A stretch of 64,000 nucleotides of DNA from an uncultured Clostridia bacterium (GTDB taxonomy: Bacteria; Bacillota; Clostridia; TANB77; CAG-508), in NCBI GenBank assembly GCA_947626025.1, contig CANQQQ010000001.1, positions 57,020 through 121,019 on the forward strand. The letters are read 5' to 3'. This document shows positions 1 to 9,595 of the stretch, piece after piece. The notes beneath the pieces were generated by a model that saw only the letters and a list, made by a program, of their open reading frames with translations, searched no databases and had not been told where the DNA came from. The position numbers and the translations under genes were made by a program. Within the stretch, counting starts at the first letter, position 1. The number at the start of each line of letters is the position of its first letter.

Positions 1-761
1 TTTGATTTTTCCATAATTGCATAATCAATCGAAATTGACTCACATAATGAATATCTTTCTTTTAAATTATCCATGTATTTAGGATTATCTATTTTAGGTA
101 GGTCTTTTAGAATTCTATATGTGTCTTTACATTTTTTTTCAAATTCTTTTAACATAGTTTCTAAATTAAATACAAAAATTCCTGCATTCCACAAATAATT
201 ACCTGCTTCTAAATATTCTTTGGCTTTATCTAAATTTGGTTTTTCTACAAATTTTTCTATTTTTATAGGCTTCTTTATTAGCTTATTTTTTTCACTTACT
301 GGATATTTAATATATCCATATCCTATCTCCGGTCTACTTGGTTGTATTCCTATAGTGACTATAGCATCTTTATCTTCTTTTTCGATAAATTTTTCTGCTA
401 GTTGAAGATTTTTACAAAAAGCATCACTATCATCTATTAATGCATCAGAGGATAATACTGCAATAGTTGCATCTTCAAATATCTGTCTTATATATAAAGT
501 TGATAGCAAAATGCATGGAGCTGTATTCATCCCCATTGGTTCTATTATTATGTTTTCTTCTGGTAAATCAGGTATTTGTTCTGAAACAATCCATTTATAC
601 CTTTCTGCCGTTACTACAAAAATTTTGTCTATGCTTAATATTTTTCTTACTCTTTCAACAGTCATTTGTATCATCGTTTTTTCATCTATTAAGCTTAAAA
701 ATTGTTTTGGTTTTTTTGATGTTGATTCAGGCCAAAATCTTTCTCCTTTTCCACCTGCCAT
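1..761 (-). CDS. mannose-1-phosphate guanylyltransferase (GDP-mannose pyrophosphorylase), partial; 3' end lies beyond the window start
   Basis: Reverse-strand translation from ATG at 761 gives MAGGKGERFWPESTSKKPKQFLSL..., the nucleotidyltransferase G-G-x-G-x-R-x-W-P motif of ManC-type enzymes; the ORF stays open to position 1. Missing from the ORF track because it is truncated. Confidence 0.65.
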   Translation of the reverse strand, partial: MAGGKGERFWPESTSKKPKQFLSLIDEKTMIQMTVERVRKILSIDKIFVVTAERYKWIVSEQIPDLPEENIIIEPMGMNTAPCILLSTLYIRQIFEDATIAVLSSDALIDDSDAFCKNLQLAEKFIEKEDKDAIVTIGIQPSRPEIGYGYIKYPVSEKNKLIKKPIKIEKFVEKPNLDKAKEYLEAGNYLWNAGIFVFNLETMLKEFEKKCKDTYRILKDLPKIDNPKYMDNLKERYSLCESISIDYAIMEKS

Positions 762-896
762 AATTAACGAACAAAGCACAATCTTTTCCTCTTTTCTTTA
801 TATTTTTAACTTATTATATATATATTAAATAGTAAAAGTCAACTTATTTTATCATTTTATCTTTTAACTTTTTACCAATGTTTATTTATATTTTAA

Positions 897-1868
897 TTAT
901 ATATCTAGATATTCTTGATTTTCCATATACCAGTCAATTGTTTTTATAATTCCATCTTCAAATTTTGTTTCTGGCTCCCATCCCAATTGTTCTTTTATCT
1001 TTGTTGGATCTATTGCATATCTGTAATCATGTCCTTTTCTATCTGTAACATATTCTATCAAATCTTCTGATTTTCCAAGGCGTTTTAATATTAGTTTTAC
1101 TATTTCTATATTTCTTTTTTCATTATGTCCTCCAATATTATATCTTTCACCTTTTACTCCATTATGAAATACTAAGTCTATAGCTTTGCAATGGTCTTCT
1201 ACATATAGCCAATCTCTTATGTTTCTTCCATCACCATATACAGGTAATTTTTTATTATTTAATGCTAGACTAATCATATGAGGTATTAGTTTTTCATGGT
1301 GTTGATATGGTCCATAATTATTTGAACAGTTGGTTATATTTACATTCATTTTAAAGGTTTCAAAATATGCTCTTGCTATTAAGTCTGAACCTGCTTTTGA
1401 TGCAGAGTATGGGCTATTTGGATTTATTCTTGTCGTTTCTGTAAAATATCCTTCTTCTCCTAATGTTCCATATACCTCGTCTGTTGATATATGTACAAAT
1501 TTGTTTTCACTACCTTCTCCCCATACTTGTTTTGCAACTTCTAATAGAGTATGTGTACCCATTACATTCGTTTGAGTGAATATAAATGGTGTTTTTATAC
1601 TATTATCAACATGACTTTCTGCTGCAAAATGGATTACTCCATTTATATCATACTCCTTGAATATTTTCATAACTAAATCAAAATCACATATATCGCCTTG
1701 TACAAATGTTATTTTGTCTATTATTTTGTCTAAATTATGTATATTTCCTGCATATGTTAGTTTATCCAAAATTATTAATTTATATTCTGGATATTTGTTA
1801 CTAAAATAATGAGCAAAATTGCTTCCTATAAATCCTGCTGCTCCCGTTATTAAAATATTTCTTGTCAT
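897..1868 (-). CDS. rfbB: dTDP-glucose 4,6-dehydratase
   Basis: N-terminal ILITGAAGFIGSN Rossmann motif of the SDR family, YSASKAGSD catalytic Y-x3-K, about 320 aa, sits in an rfb cluster. Confidence 0.9.
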   Translation of the reverse strand: MTRNILITGAAGFIGSNFAHYFSNKYPEYKLIILDKLTYAGNIHNLDKIIDKITFVQGDICDFDLVMKIFKEYDINGVIHFAAESHVDNSIKTPFIFTQTNVMGTHTLLEVAKQVWGEGSENKFVHISTDEVYGTLGEEGYFTETTRINPNSPYSASKAGSDLIARAYFETFKMNVNITNCSNNYGPYQHHEKLIPHMISLALNNKKLPVYGDGRNIRDWLYVEDHCKAIDLVFHNGVKGERYNIGGHNEKRNIEIVKLILKRLGKSEDLIEYVTDRKGHDYRYAIDPTKIKEQLGWEPETKFEDGIIKTIDWYMENQEYLDI

Positions 1869-1900
1869 ATTTATCTTCCTTTCCTTGAAATATCAACGTT

Positions 1901-2437
1901 CTATAGTTCTTTCCATTTTTTGTCCTTTTCAGATTGTATTATTTTATCTATTTTTTCCAAAGGCCATTCTATACCTATTGTTTTGTCATCCCAGATAATT
2001 CCGCCTTCATCGTTTGGATTATAAAATTCATCACATTTATATGTAAATTCTGCTTCATCTGATAGAACTAAAAAGCCATGCGCAAAACCTCTTGGTATAA
2101 AGAACTGCAATTTGTTCTCTTCTGTTAAGATTGCTCCATAATATTTTCCATAAGTTTTAGAGTCCTTTCTTAAGTCAACTGCGACATCATAAACTTCTCC
2201 CTTTAGAACTCTTACTAGTTTTGCCTGAGGGAATTCCTTTTGGAAATGTAGCCCTCTTAGTACTCCTTTTGTAGATTTTGAGTGGTTATCTTGTACGAAT
2301 TCTGTAGTTATTCCTATTTCTTCAAAATCTCTTTTATTGTATGTTTCCATAAAAAATCCTCTGTTATCTTCAAATACAGTAGGTTCTATTATATATAATC
2401 CTTCAATTCCTGTTTCACGTTTCTTAAATTTTGCCAT
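1901..2437 (-). CDS. rfbC: dTDP-4-dehydrorhamnose 3,5-epimerase
   Basis: 178 aa cupin-type protein; GLYIIEPTVFEDNRGFFMETYN and RGLHFQ motifs typical of RmlC. Confidence 0.9.
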   Translation of the reverse strand: MAKFKKRETGIEGLYIIEPTVFEDNRGFFMETYNKRDFEEIGITTEFVQDNHSKSTKGVLRGLHFQKEFPQAKLVRVLKGEVYDVAVDLRKDSKTYGKYYGAILTEENKLQFFIPRGFAHGFLVLSDEAEFTYKCDEFYNPNDEGGIIWDDKTIGIEWPLEKIDKIIQSEKDKKWKEL

Positions 2438-2451
2438 TGTTTGTTTTCTCC

Positions 2452-3333
2452 TTAATCAATATCTTCTGCTAAATTTTTTAAAAATTTGCCATAGTCTGTT
2501 TTTAATAAGTTTTTTGATAATTCTTCTAGTTGTTCTGCTGTTATCCAGCCATTTTCAAAAGCAATTTCTTCTGGACAACATATTTGAAGTCCTTGCCTTT
2601 TTTGAATAGTCTGTACAAAGCTTGCAGTTTCAAGCAATGCATCATGTGTTCCTGTGTCAAACCACGCCATTCCTCTTCCTAATTTTTCTACTTTTAATTT
2701 TCTCATTTTCATGTATTCTTCATTTATAGAAGTGATTTCTAATTCTCCTCTTGCTGATGGTTTTACATTTTTTGCGATTTGCACCACATCGTTTGTGTAA
2801 AAGTATAATCCTGGTACTGCAAAATTTGATTTTGGTTTTAGTGGTTTTTCCTCAATAGATATTGCATTTCCTAATTTGTCCATTTCCACAACTCCATATC
2901 TTGTAGGATCATTTACTTTATATCCAAATATTGTGCATTCGTCTTCTCGTTCGTTTGCTCTTAACAAGATTGATCTTAAATCTCCTCCATAAAACATGTT
3001 GTCACCTAATATTAGTGCAACATTATTGTCTCCTATGAAATCCTCTCCTATTATAAATGCTTCAGCTAGTCCGTTTGGTTTCTCTTGGATTGTATATTCA
3101 AAATGCATTCCCCATTTGCTTCCATCTCCTAGTAATGTCTTAAATGTTTCATTGTCTCTTCTTGTAGTTATAATTAATATGTCTCTTATTCCTGCTTCCA
3201 TTAATACATACAATGGATAATATATCATCGGCTTGTCATATACTGGCATTATTTGTTTTGATATTGCTAAAGTTAGTGGGTATAGTCTTGTTCCACTTCC
3301 TCCAGCTAAAATTATACCTTTTCTATTTTTCAT
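2452..3333 (-). CDS. rfbA: glucose-1-phosphate thymidylyltransferase
   Basis: [17 protein letters not shown] nucleotidyltransferase motif, 293 aa, RmlA family. Confidence 0.9.
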   Translation of the reverse strand: MKNRKGIILAGGSGTRLYPLTLAISKQIMPVYDKPMIYYPLYVLMEAGIRDILIITTRRDNETFKTLLGDGSKWGMHFEYTIQEKPNGLAEAFIIGEDFIGDNNVALILGDNMFYGGDLRSILLRANEREDECTIFGYKVNDPTRYGVVEMDKLGNAISIEEKPLKPKSNFAVPGLYFYTNDVVQIAKNVKPSARGELEITSINEEYMKMRKLKVEKLGRGMAWFDTGTHDALLETASFVQTIQKRQGLQICCPEEIAFENGWITAEQLEELSKNLLKTDYGKFLKNLAEDID

Positions 3334-3371
3334 AATTCGTTCTCCTTATAATTTGAATTACATTTTACAAT

Positions 3372-4205
3372 TTATTTTGATAAGTATCTTCTTAATGCGT
3401 CTTCATAAGTTGGTATAATTATTCCATTTTTTAATAATTTATCTTTTGACATCTGTGAATTTTTTGGTCTTTTTGCAGGACTTTTAAATTCTTCGCTTGT
3501 TACAGGTATAACTTTACATTTTACATTTTCTAATTCAAAAATCATTTTTGTGAAATCATACCAAGTTGTATATCCAATGTTTGTAGCGTTATAAATTCCA
3601 TATTCTAATTTTTTATTAATTGTTTGATGTATAATACTTGCTAAATCTACAGCATAAGTTGGACTTCCATGCTGATCATTTACTACTTTTACTTCATTTT
3701 TTGTTTTAGCTAATTCTAGCATTGTTCTTACGAAATTATGTCCTTCTCCATATAGCCACGCTGTTCTAAAAATATAATATTTTGAGCAGTTTTCTTTTAT
3801 AAAATTTTCACCAGCAAGTTTTGTTGTTCCATATACTGCTTGTGGATTTTTTTCATCTTCTTCGCTATAGTCTTTATCTACTGGTCTATCTCCTCCAAAT
3901 ACATAGTCTGTACTAATATGAACTAAAATTGCGTTGTTTTCATTTGCTGAGATTGCTAAATTTTTTGGACCAATTGCGTTTATTCTATAAGCTAGTTCTT
4001 CATTTTCTTCTGCCTTATCTACTGCTGTATATGCCGCACAATTTATAATATATTCTGGATTTACTTTTTTTACAAATTCATCTACTTGCTCTGCATTTGT
4101 AATGTCTAAATCTGCAACGTCTGTGCAAATTAATTCTTCGTTTTTTAATTCTTCTTTTATTGCATTAGCAAGCATTCCGTTTGCTCCTGTAATTAATATT
4201 TTCAT
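3372..4205 (-). CDS. rfbD: dTDP-4-dehydrorhamnose reductase
   Basis: MKILITGANGMLA N-terminus typical of RmlD. Start trimmed to the ATG at 4205, which has a GGAGG 6 nt upstream; the track ORF extends to 4232 but overlaps the upstream gene. Confidence 0.85.
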   Translation of the reverse strand: MKILITGANGMLANAIKEELKNEELICTDVADLDITNAEQVDEFVKKVNPEYIINCAAYTAVDKAEENEELAYRINAIGPKNLAISANENNAILVHISTDYVFGGDRPVDKDYSEEDEKNPQAVYGTTKLAGENFIKENCSKYYIFRTAWLYGEGHNFVRTMLELAKTKNEVKVVNDQHGSPTYAVDLASIIHQTINKKLEYGIYNATNIGYTTWYDFTKMIFELENVKCKVIPVTSEEFKSPAKRPKNSQMSKDKLLKNGIIIPTYEDALRRYLSK

Positions 4206-5311
4206 TTTTTTCCTCCGATTATAATATCGCAAATTTCATTTACCATTTCTAATGATAAGTCTGCATACATTGGTAAAGTTAATACTCTATCAGACATATA
4301 TTTTGCTATTGGTGTTTTACTGCTATCGTATTGCTTATTATAACATTCAAAGTCTGTTATTAATGGATAGAAATATTTCCTAGAAAATATTCCATTTTTA
4401 GCTAATTGCTCCATAACTTCATCTCTGGATTTTCCAAATTCATCTTCGAATATTACAGGGAAATACGCATAATTTGGTTTGACATCTTTTTGAATAGCAG
4501 ATAGTTTTATTCCTTTAATATCTTGTAATCTTTTTCTATACTCCATTGCAACTTTTTTTCTTTTTTCAATTTCTGAATCTACATGTCTTAAATTGCATAA
4601 TCCCATAGCTGCTTGAAATTCGTTCATCTTTGCATTCATTCCAACTGCTTCTGTTGTTTCTGGTCCCGTAATTCCAAAGTTTTTATGTAAGTTTAATTTT
4701 CTAGTATAATCATCACAGTTATATGTAACGCCTCCGCCTTCTATAGTATTAAATACTTTTGTTGCATGGAAACTAAACATTGACATATCTCCAAAATTGC
4801 CTATTCCAATTCCTTTATATTGCACTCCAAATACATGTGCAGCATCATATATAACTTTTAAATTATGTTCTTTGGCTATTTTTTCTATTTCTTCAACATT
4901 ACATACATTTCCATATACATGCACTGGAACAATTGCACATGTCTTGTCTGTAATTAATTCTTCAATTTTTGATGCATCTATTGTAAATGTATCTTTTTCA
5001 ATATCACAAAATACAGGAGATAATCCGTTTTGTACTATTGCATGTGTTGTTGATGCAAATGTATATGGTGTTGTAATTACTTCTCCTTTTAAGTCCAATG
5101 TTTTTAGTGCACTATATAATGCTAAATGTCCATTTGTAAATAAAGTGATATGTTTTACCTTTAAATAATTTTCTAGCTGTTGTTGTAATTCTTCATGTTT
5201 TGGTCCCATATTTGTAAGGTGTTTTGTTTCAAAAATTGATTTAATTTCTTCTACATATTCATCTAATGTTGGCATAGAAGATTGTGTAACGAGAATTTTT
5301 TGTCTTTCCAT
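4202..5311 (-). CDS. DegT/DnrJ/EryC1/StrS-family PLP-dependent sugar aminotransferase (likely makes a dTDP/NDP 4-amino-4,6-dideoxyhexose)
   Basis: 369 aa; MFSFHATKVFNTIEGGG PLP-lysine region typical of WecE/VioA-type sugar aminotransferases; next to the rfb genes. Confidence 0.85.
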   Translation of the reverse strand: MERQKILVTQSSMPTLDEYVEEIKSIFETKHLTNMGPKHEELQQQLENYLKVKHITLFTNGHLALYSALKTLDLKGEVITTPYTFASTTHAIVQNGLSPVFCDIEKDTFTIDASKIEELITDKTCAIVPVHVYGNVCNVEEIEKIAKEHNLKVIYDAAHVFGVQYKGIGIGNFGDMSMFSFHATKVFNTIEGGGVTYNCDDYTRKLNLHKNFGITGPETTEAVGMNAKMNEFQAAMGLCNLRHVDSEIEKRKKVAMEYRKRLQDIKGIKLSAIQKDVKPNYAYFPVIFEDEFGKSRDEVMEQLAKNGIFSRKYFYPLITDFECYNKQYDSSKTPIAKYMSDRVLTLPMYADLSLEMVNEICDIIIGGKK

Positions 5312-5338
5312 TGTTTTCCTCCTATTTGTTATATTATA

Positions 5339-5878
5339 CTACAAATTAATTGAACTATCTACATTACAAGATAAAAATTCGTCTTTTAAAATAGACATAA
5401 TTTCTAAGTTTATATATTTTCCCTTTTTAAAGCATGCTTCTCTTCTAGTTCCTTCATATTTAAATCCTATTTTTTGGTATGCTTTTTTTGCTCTATCATT
5501 ATATTCTAAAACTTGTAATTCAACCCTGTGTAAATTTAAATCCAAAAATGCATGATTTAACATTTCTTTTATTGCGAAACTACCTATGCCTTTTCCACAG
5601 TTTTCTTCTTTTCCAATCATTATATGTAATTCTGCAGATCTACTGATATTATTAATATCTGCAAGAGTTATTAGTCCAATAGCTTTATCTTCTTCTGTTG
5701 TTATTGCACATCTAATTGTATTATTTCGATTTCTTAAGTAGTTCTCATACCATTCATCTTCTACGTCTATGTTAATATATCTATATGGTGCTTCTAAAAA
5801 TTCAATTAGTTCTCCACTTTGTCTCCAACTGTTAATTTCTTTAATATCTTTTTTTTCTAATTCTCGCAATTTGTACAT
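5339..5878 (-). CDS. GNAT-family N-acetyltransferase (probable amino-sugar N-acylase)
   Basis: 179 aa; GNAT-like core (R/Q-x-x-G-x-G/A-type segment GKGIGSFAIKEM); immediately follows the aminotransferase. Confidence 0.65.
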   Translation of the reverse strand: MYKLRELEKKDIKEINSWRQSGELIEFLEAPYRYINIDVEDEWYENYLRNRNNTIRCAITTEEDKAIGLITLADINNISRSAELHIMIGKEENCGKGIGSFAIKEMLNHAFLDLNLHRVELQVLEYNDRAKKAYQKIGFKYEGTRREACFKKGKYINLEIMSILKDEFLSCNVDSSINL

Positions 5879-5892
5879 TATTATCCTCCTAT

Positions 5893-6837
5893 TTATTTTT
5901 CTTTATTTACTATGTCGACAATCTTTTGCATTTCACTATATCCATACCTTTGATCACATGGTAATGGTAAAATATTAACAGCGTAATTATATGCTAATGT
6001 GTCTTTATTCTCTTCTATTACATTTGGCCATAAAATTGGTACATAAATTTTATTTTTTATTAATATTTCTCTTATATGGCGTGCATCATCTAAATACAAT
6101 GGATATGTATATGCACCTTCAATATTCTCTAATTTCAAATTATTTATTTGTTTTAGCTCATTATTCAAGTATTTAAAATTTTCTGTTCTTATTTGTTTTA
6201 CTTTTTCATAATCAATACCACTTAAAATTAGTCTAGTAGATTTAGACATTTTCCTTATTGGTAATTTTTCTAGTAATTGTTCGTTGTCTCTATAATCACT
6301 ATAATAATCTTCTGCGTTCTTTTCAGTTCTTCCAAAAATATGTTTAAATCTATCTTTTGAATAGTCTTCATCTAGTTCTTCTTTTAAAATATTATTTGTA
6401 TATAAATATGCTCCGTCTGGAACTCCAAAAAATTTTCGGCAAGAGTAAATTGTATCTATATCTTTGACAGGTTTTTGAAAGAAGGCTTGAACATTATCTA
6501 TTATAATATTTTTATATTTTTCTCTTAACTGAATTATTGTACTATTTGAAAGTATTCCAAAATAATTAACTATGTAAATATATTCATTTTTTTCTAGTTT
6601 TTTTTCAAAAGCTGGTAAGAAATTATTACTAATCGCATAATATTCTATTTCACAATAAGATGATGCTTTATTGACAGAGTCACATAAGTAATATGGAATG
6701 TATATTTTTTTTATTTTTTTACTTCTAATAATATAAATAAGACAGTTTCTAGCAGTATTAAGAGCTATAGCATTGTCATGATATACAGAATTATAAAATC
6801 CACTTAATTCAAAATATCCCCCAATTTCTTTTACCAT
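5893..6837 (-). CDS. hypothetical protein, possibly a divergent DegT-like PLP enzyme
   Basis: 314 aa; the segment DIDTIYSCRKFFGVPDGAYL resembles the D-x3-FSFHxxK-x-x-x-x-EGG lysine region of DegT enzymes, but the protein is shorter than typical DegT aminotransferases (about 370 aa). Weak call. Confidence 0.3.
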   Translation of the reverse strand: MVKEIGGYFELSGFYNSVYHDNAIALNTARNCLIYIIRSKKIKKIYIPYYLCDSVNKASSYCEIEYYAISNNFLPAFEKKLEKNEYIYIVNYFGILSNSTIIQLREKYKNIIIDNVQAFFQKPVKDIDTIYSCRKFFGVPDGAYLYTNNILKEELDEDYSKDRFKHIFGRTEKNAEDYYSDYRDNEQLLEKLPIRKMSKSTRLILSGIDYEKVKQIRTENFKYLNNELKQINNLKLENIEGAYTYPLYLDDARHIREILIKNKIYVPILWPNVIEENKDTLAYNYAVNILPLPCDQRYGYSEMQKIVDIVNKEK

Positions 6838-6849
6838 TATAAACTCCTT

Positions 6850-8049
6850 TTATTTTACTATTACTTTTATATATGTACTTTGATTTTCTAAAACTTTTTG
6901 CATTTCATCATCATTATTAAATTTTAAAACAAGTGTACCTATGGCTTCATTTGCACCAGAAAATCCTCCAATTTCTTTTCCTTGTTGTATCCATAAATCT
7001 TTTTCGACTATATTATTTTCTAATTCTTTAGAAATCCATAAAGCATCAAATATTCCAGTTTTATTGCTATGAAGTATTATTTCTGCCCAATATCCATCAG
7101 TTTCGCTTGGCACTATTTCCTCGATTTTTTCACCTAACGCAGATTTTATAGAATTAGTTATTAAATCAACTCCTGCACAATATTTCATCATTTCTGCTAA
7201 TCTATTTCCTCCGCCACGTGGCGAACACTCCATAATATATGCTTTTCCATTGTTACATTCTCTTGTTTCTATATTGTATATGGATGTTTTCATATTAAGT
7301 AATTTTAATAATCTTTGAATTTCATTTTTAAGTTCTAATTGGTGTTCTTTTGAAATTGTTGCTGGCCAACTAAAAGATGCTGGTGTATATGGATTATCAC
7401 AAGTTTCATCAAATCTCTGCGCTGAAAAGGATACAAATTTTAATTCTCCATCAATCGAGAAACTCTCACAATCAGATGAATGTCCTTTCTTTTCTAAGAA
7501 ATCTTCAATTATAAATTCATTAGAATTTGAATATGATAATGCATAATTTATGCTTTCTCTAAGCTCATCTGGGTTATCTACTCTCTTTACTCCTTTACTT
7601 CCTGCTGAGTCTGTAGGTTTTACAATTACTGGCCAATGAAACATATCTATATCCTTTAATGCATCTTCTACGTTTTTATAGCCTTTTGCTGTTGGAACAT
7701 TAAAATTGTTTTCTGTTAAAAATTTACGAAACTTTGCCTTGTTTTGTAGAATACTTACAGATTGATAAGATCCACTGCTTGGCAAATTTAATTTTTCTGC
7801 CACATATGCTGCTGTCTCAACTCCTGGATCACAAGCAAAAGACATTATTCCATCTATTTTTAGTTTTTTAGCTACATTTAATACTGCTTCTTTATCTATT
7901 ATGCTAACATTGCAATATTCATCTGAATATTTGTGTGCTATATTGTCTGGTAAATAATCGCATGTTATAACATATATTCCCATTTCATGTGCTTTTTTTA
8001 TTACAGGAATTAAATATCTCATTCCTCCTAATAACATTAATTTTTTCAT
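6850..8049 (-). CDS. ATP-grasp domain protein (carboxylate-amine ligase) within the polysaccharide locus
   Basis: 399 aa; the N-terminal pre-ATP-grasp region (MKKLMLLGG...IKKAHEMGIYVITCD), a central KPTDSAGSKGV-type ATP-binding segment and a C-terminal glutamate-rich catalytic region are typical of ATP-grasp ligases. Confidence 0.65.
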   Translation of the reverse strand: MKKLMLLGGMRYLIPVIKKAHEMGIYVITCDYLPDNIAHKYSDEYCNVSIIDKEAVLNVAKKLKIDGIMSFACDPGVETAAYVAEKLNLPSSGSYQSVSILQNKAKFRKFLTENNFNVPTAKGYKNVEDALKDIDMFHWPVIVKPTDSAGSKGVKRVDNPDELRESINYALSYSNSNEFIIEDFLEKKGHSSDCESFSIDGELKFVSFSAQRFDETCDNPYTPASFSWPATISKEHQLELKNEIQRLLKLLNMKTSIYNIETRECNNGKAYIMECSPRGGGNRLAEMMKYCAGVDLITNSIKSALGEKIEEIVPSETDGYWAEIILHSNKTGIFDALWISKELENNIVEKDLWIQQGKEIGGFSGANEAIGTLVLKFNNDDEMQKVLENQSTYIKVIVK

Positions 8050-8073
8050 AATATATTTTTTCTCCTTGATATT

Positions 8074-9558
8074 TTATTCTGTTTTATCTACGGCTATATT
8101 TCTTAATTTACTTTTTATTGAATTAATAAGATATGTAAATGATTCAAATTTAAATACATATGCTAATCCGATATATACAACTGCACCTACTCCAACTTGA
8201 AGTATTAAATATAACAATAATTTTATAGGTGACAATGATGCTATATTTATAATTTTTCCCATTATAAAAACAATAGCTCCCATTACTAGTGATATAGAAA
8301 ATGCAGGTAATATATCTTTAAATTGTTCTTTTAATGTATAGTTCAGTAATTTCTTATTTGGATAAGCATTTATAAATATTGAAATTATAGATGTTATTAT
8401 TTTCATAATAGCCATTACAGTTACACCAAATGGACAACTAATTAATAGTGCTACTATTCCTACTACTTTTTTTATTACCTCCAATTTTAGATATATGTCA
8501 CTTCTACCCATTGCACTTATTGCTTGAAGATTTACTGTATGTATAGGCCAAAAAATATATGAAAAGCATAATAGTTGCATTAATGGAACTGCTTGTAACC
8601 ATTTGTCTGTTAAAACTAATATTACAAATACTTCAGCTACTGCAGCTAGTCCAACCATCATAGGAAAAAGTATAAAAGAACTTAGCTTCATTGATCTTGA
8701 CATCATTCTTTTCACTTTTTCTTTATCTTCCTGCTCATTTGATAATGCTGGTAACATTACAGATGAAATTGATCCATTTATATTTTCCGCTACAATACTA
8801 GGAAATTGATTTCCTTTATTGTAATATGCCAAAGATTCTGAATTATATATTTTCCCTATAACAAGTTCGTATAGTTCATTATATATTCTATCTAATAGTG
8901 CTGAACATAACATTTTCCATCCAAATTTAAATAATTTCTTTAATCTCTCAATTGAAAATGCCCATATCGGTCTCCACTTTACTGTAATCCATAGCATTAA
9001 GGTATCAACTGTTGTGTTAAATAATTGTTGTGTTACTAATGCCCACACTCCATAGCCATGGTACGCCATCCATATTCCAACAAAAGCAGATCCTATTGTA
9101 CCTACTGATGTTGATATAAAAAATTTTTTAAATATCATTTTTCTCGATACGTATGCGTTTTGTACGCTTTTTAATCCAGCTATAAGTATTGAAATTCCTA
9201 GTACTCTTATTAGTGCTGTTAGTTCTGGTATTTCATAGAATTTTGCAATTAACGGTGAAGTAAAAAATATTATTATATAAAGAATAGTTGATATTAGTAT
9301 GTTGCAGTAAAAAACTGATGAGAAATCTAAATCATCTGCATCTTTTTTCTGTATTAGCGCTGTTGACAGTCCATTTTCAATAAAAACATTGCATATTGCT
9401 ATAAAAATTGTTATCAAAGCAACTGCTCCATAATCTTCTGGTGCTAAAATTCTTGCTAAGACAATTGATACTATTAAATTTACTCCTTGTGCTCCTATTC
9501 TTTCAGCAAACTTCCAGAATAATGAAGACATTATTTTACTTTTTGAGTCTTTTTCCAT
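8074..9558 (-). CDS. wzx: Wzx-type polysaccharide flippase (MOP superfamily)
   Basis: 494 aa polytopic membrane protein; the N-terminus LFWKFAERIGAQGVNLIVSIVLARIL is typical of the Polysacc_synt/Wzx family. Confidence 0.8.
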   Translation of the reverse strand: MEKDSKSKIMSSLFWKFAERIGAQGVNLIVSIVLARILAPEDYGAVALITIFIAICNVFIENGLSTALIQKKDADDLDFSSVFYCNILISTILYIIIFFTSPLIAKFYEIPELTALIRVLGISILIAGLKSVQNAYVSRKMIFKKFFISTSVGTIGSAFVGIWMAYHGYGVWALVTQQLFNTTVDTLMLWITVKWRPIWAFSIERLKKLFKFGWKMLCSALLDRIYNELYELVIGKIYNSESLAYYNKGNQFPSIVAENINGSISSVMLPALSNEQEDKEKVKRMMSRSMKLSSFILFPMMVGLAAVAEVFVILVLTDKWLQAVPLMQLLCFSYIFWPIHTVNLQAISAMGRSDIYLKLEVIKKVVGIVALLISCPFGVTVMAIMKIITSIISIFINAYPNKKLLNYTLKEQFKDILPAFSISLVMGAIVFIMGKIINIASLSPIKLLLYLILQVGVGAVVYIGLAYVFKFESFTYLINSIKSKLRNIAVDKTE

Positions 9559-9595
9559 TTTTTACAAATTATACTCCTTCTACAATCATATGTGT

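Noticed and set aside
220-828. Plus-strand ORFs of 61-105 aa (F/L/I-rich) at the window start, and similar plus-strand ORFs throughout the track (e.g. 1330-1575, 2337-2609, 4797-5168, 8603-8809, 10626-10986, 21360-22578, 53525-53933, 56597-57060)
   Set aside because: They are antisense to well-supported minus-strand genes and have the Phe/Leu/Ile/Ser-rich composition expected from reading AT-rich coding DNA on the wrong strand. None has an RBS.
4206-4232. Longer rfbD start (MRYYNRRKK...) in the ORF track
   Set aside because: It overlaps the aminotransferase gene. The ATG at 4205 has a canonical GGAGG RBS and yields the conserved MKILITGANG N-terminus.
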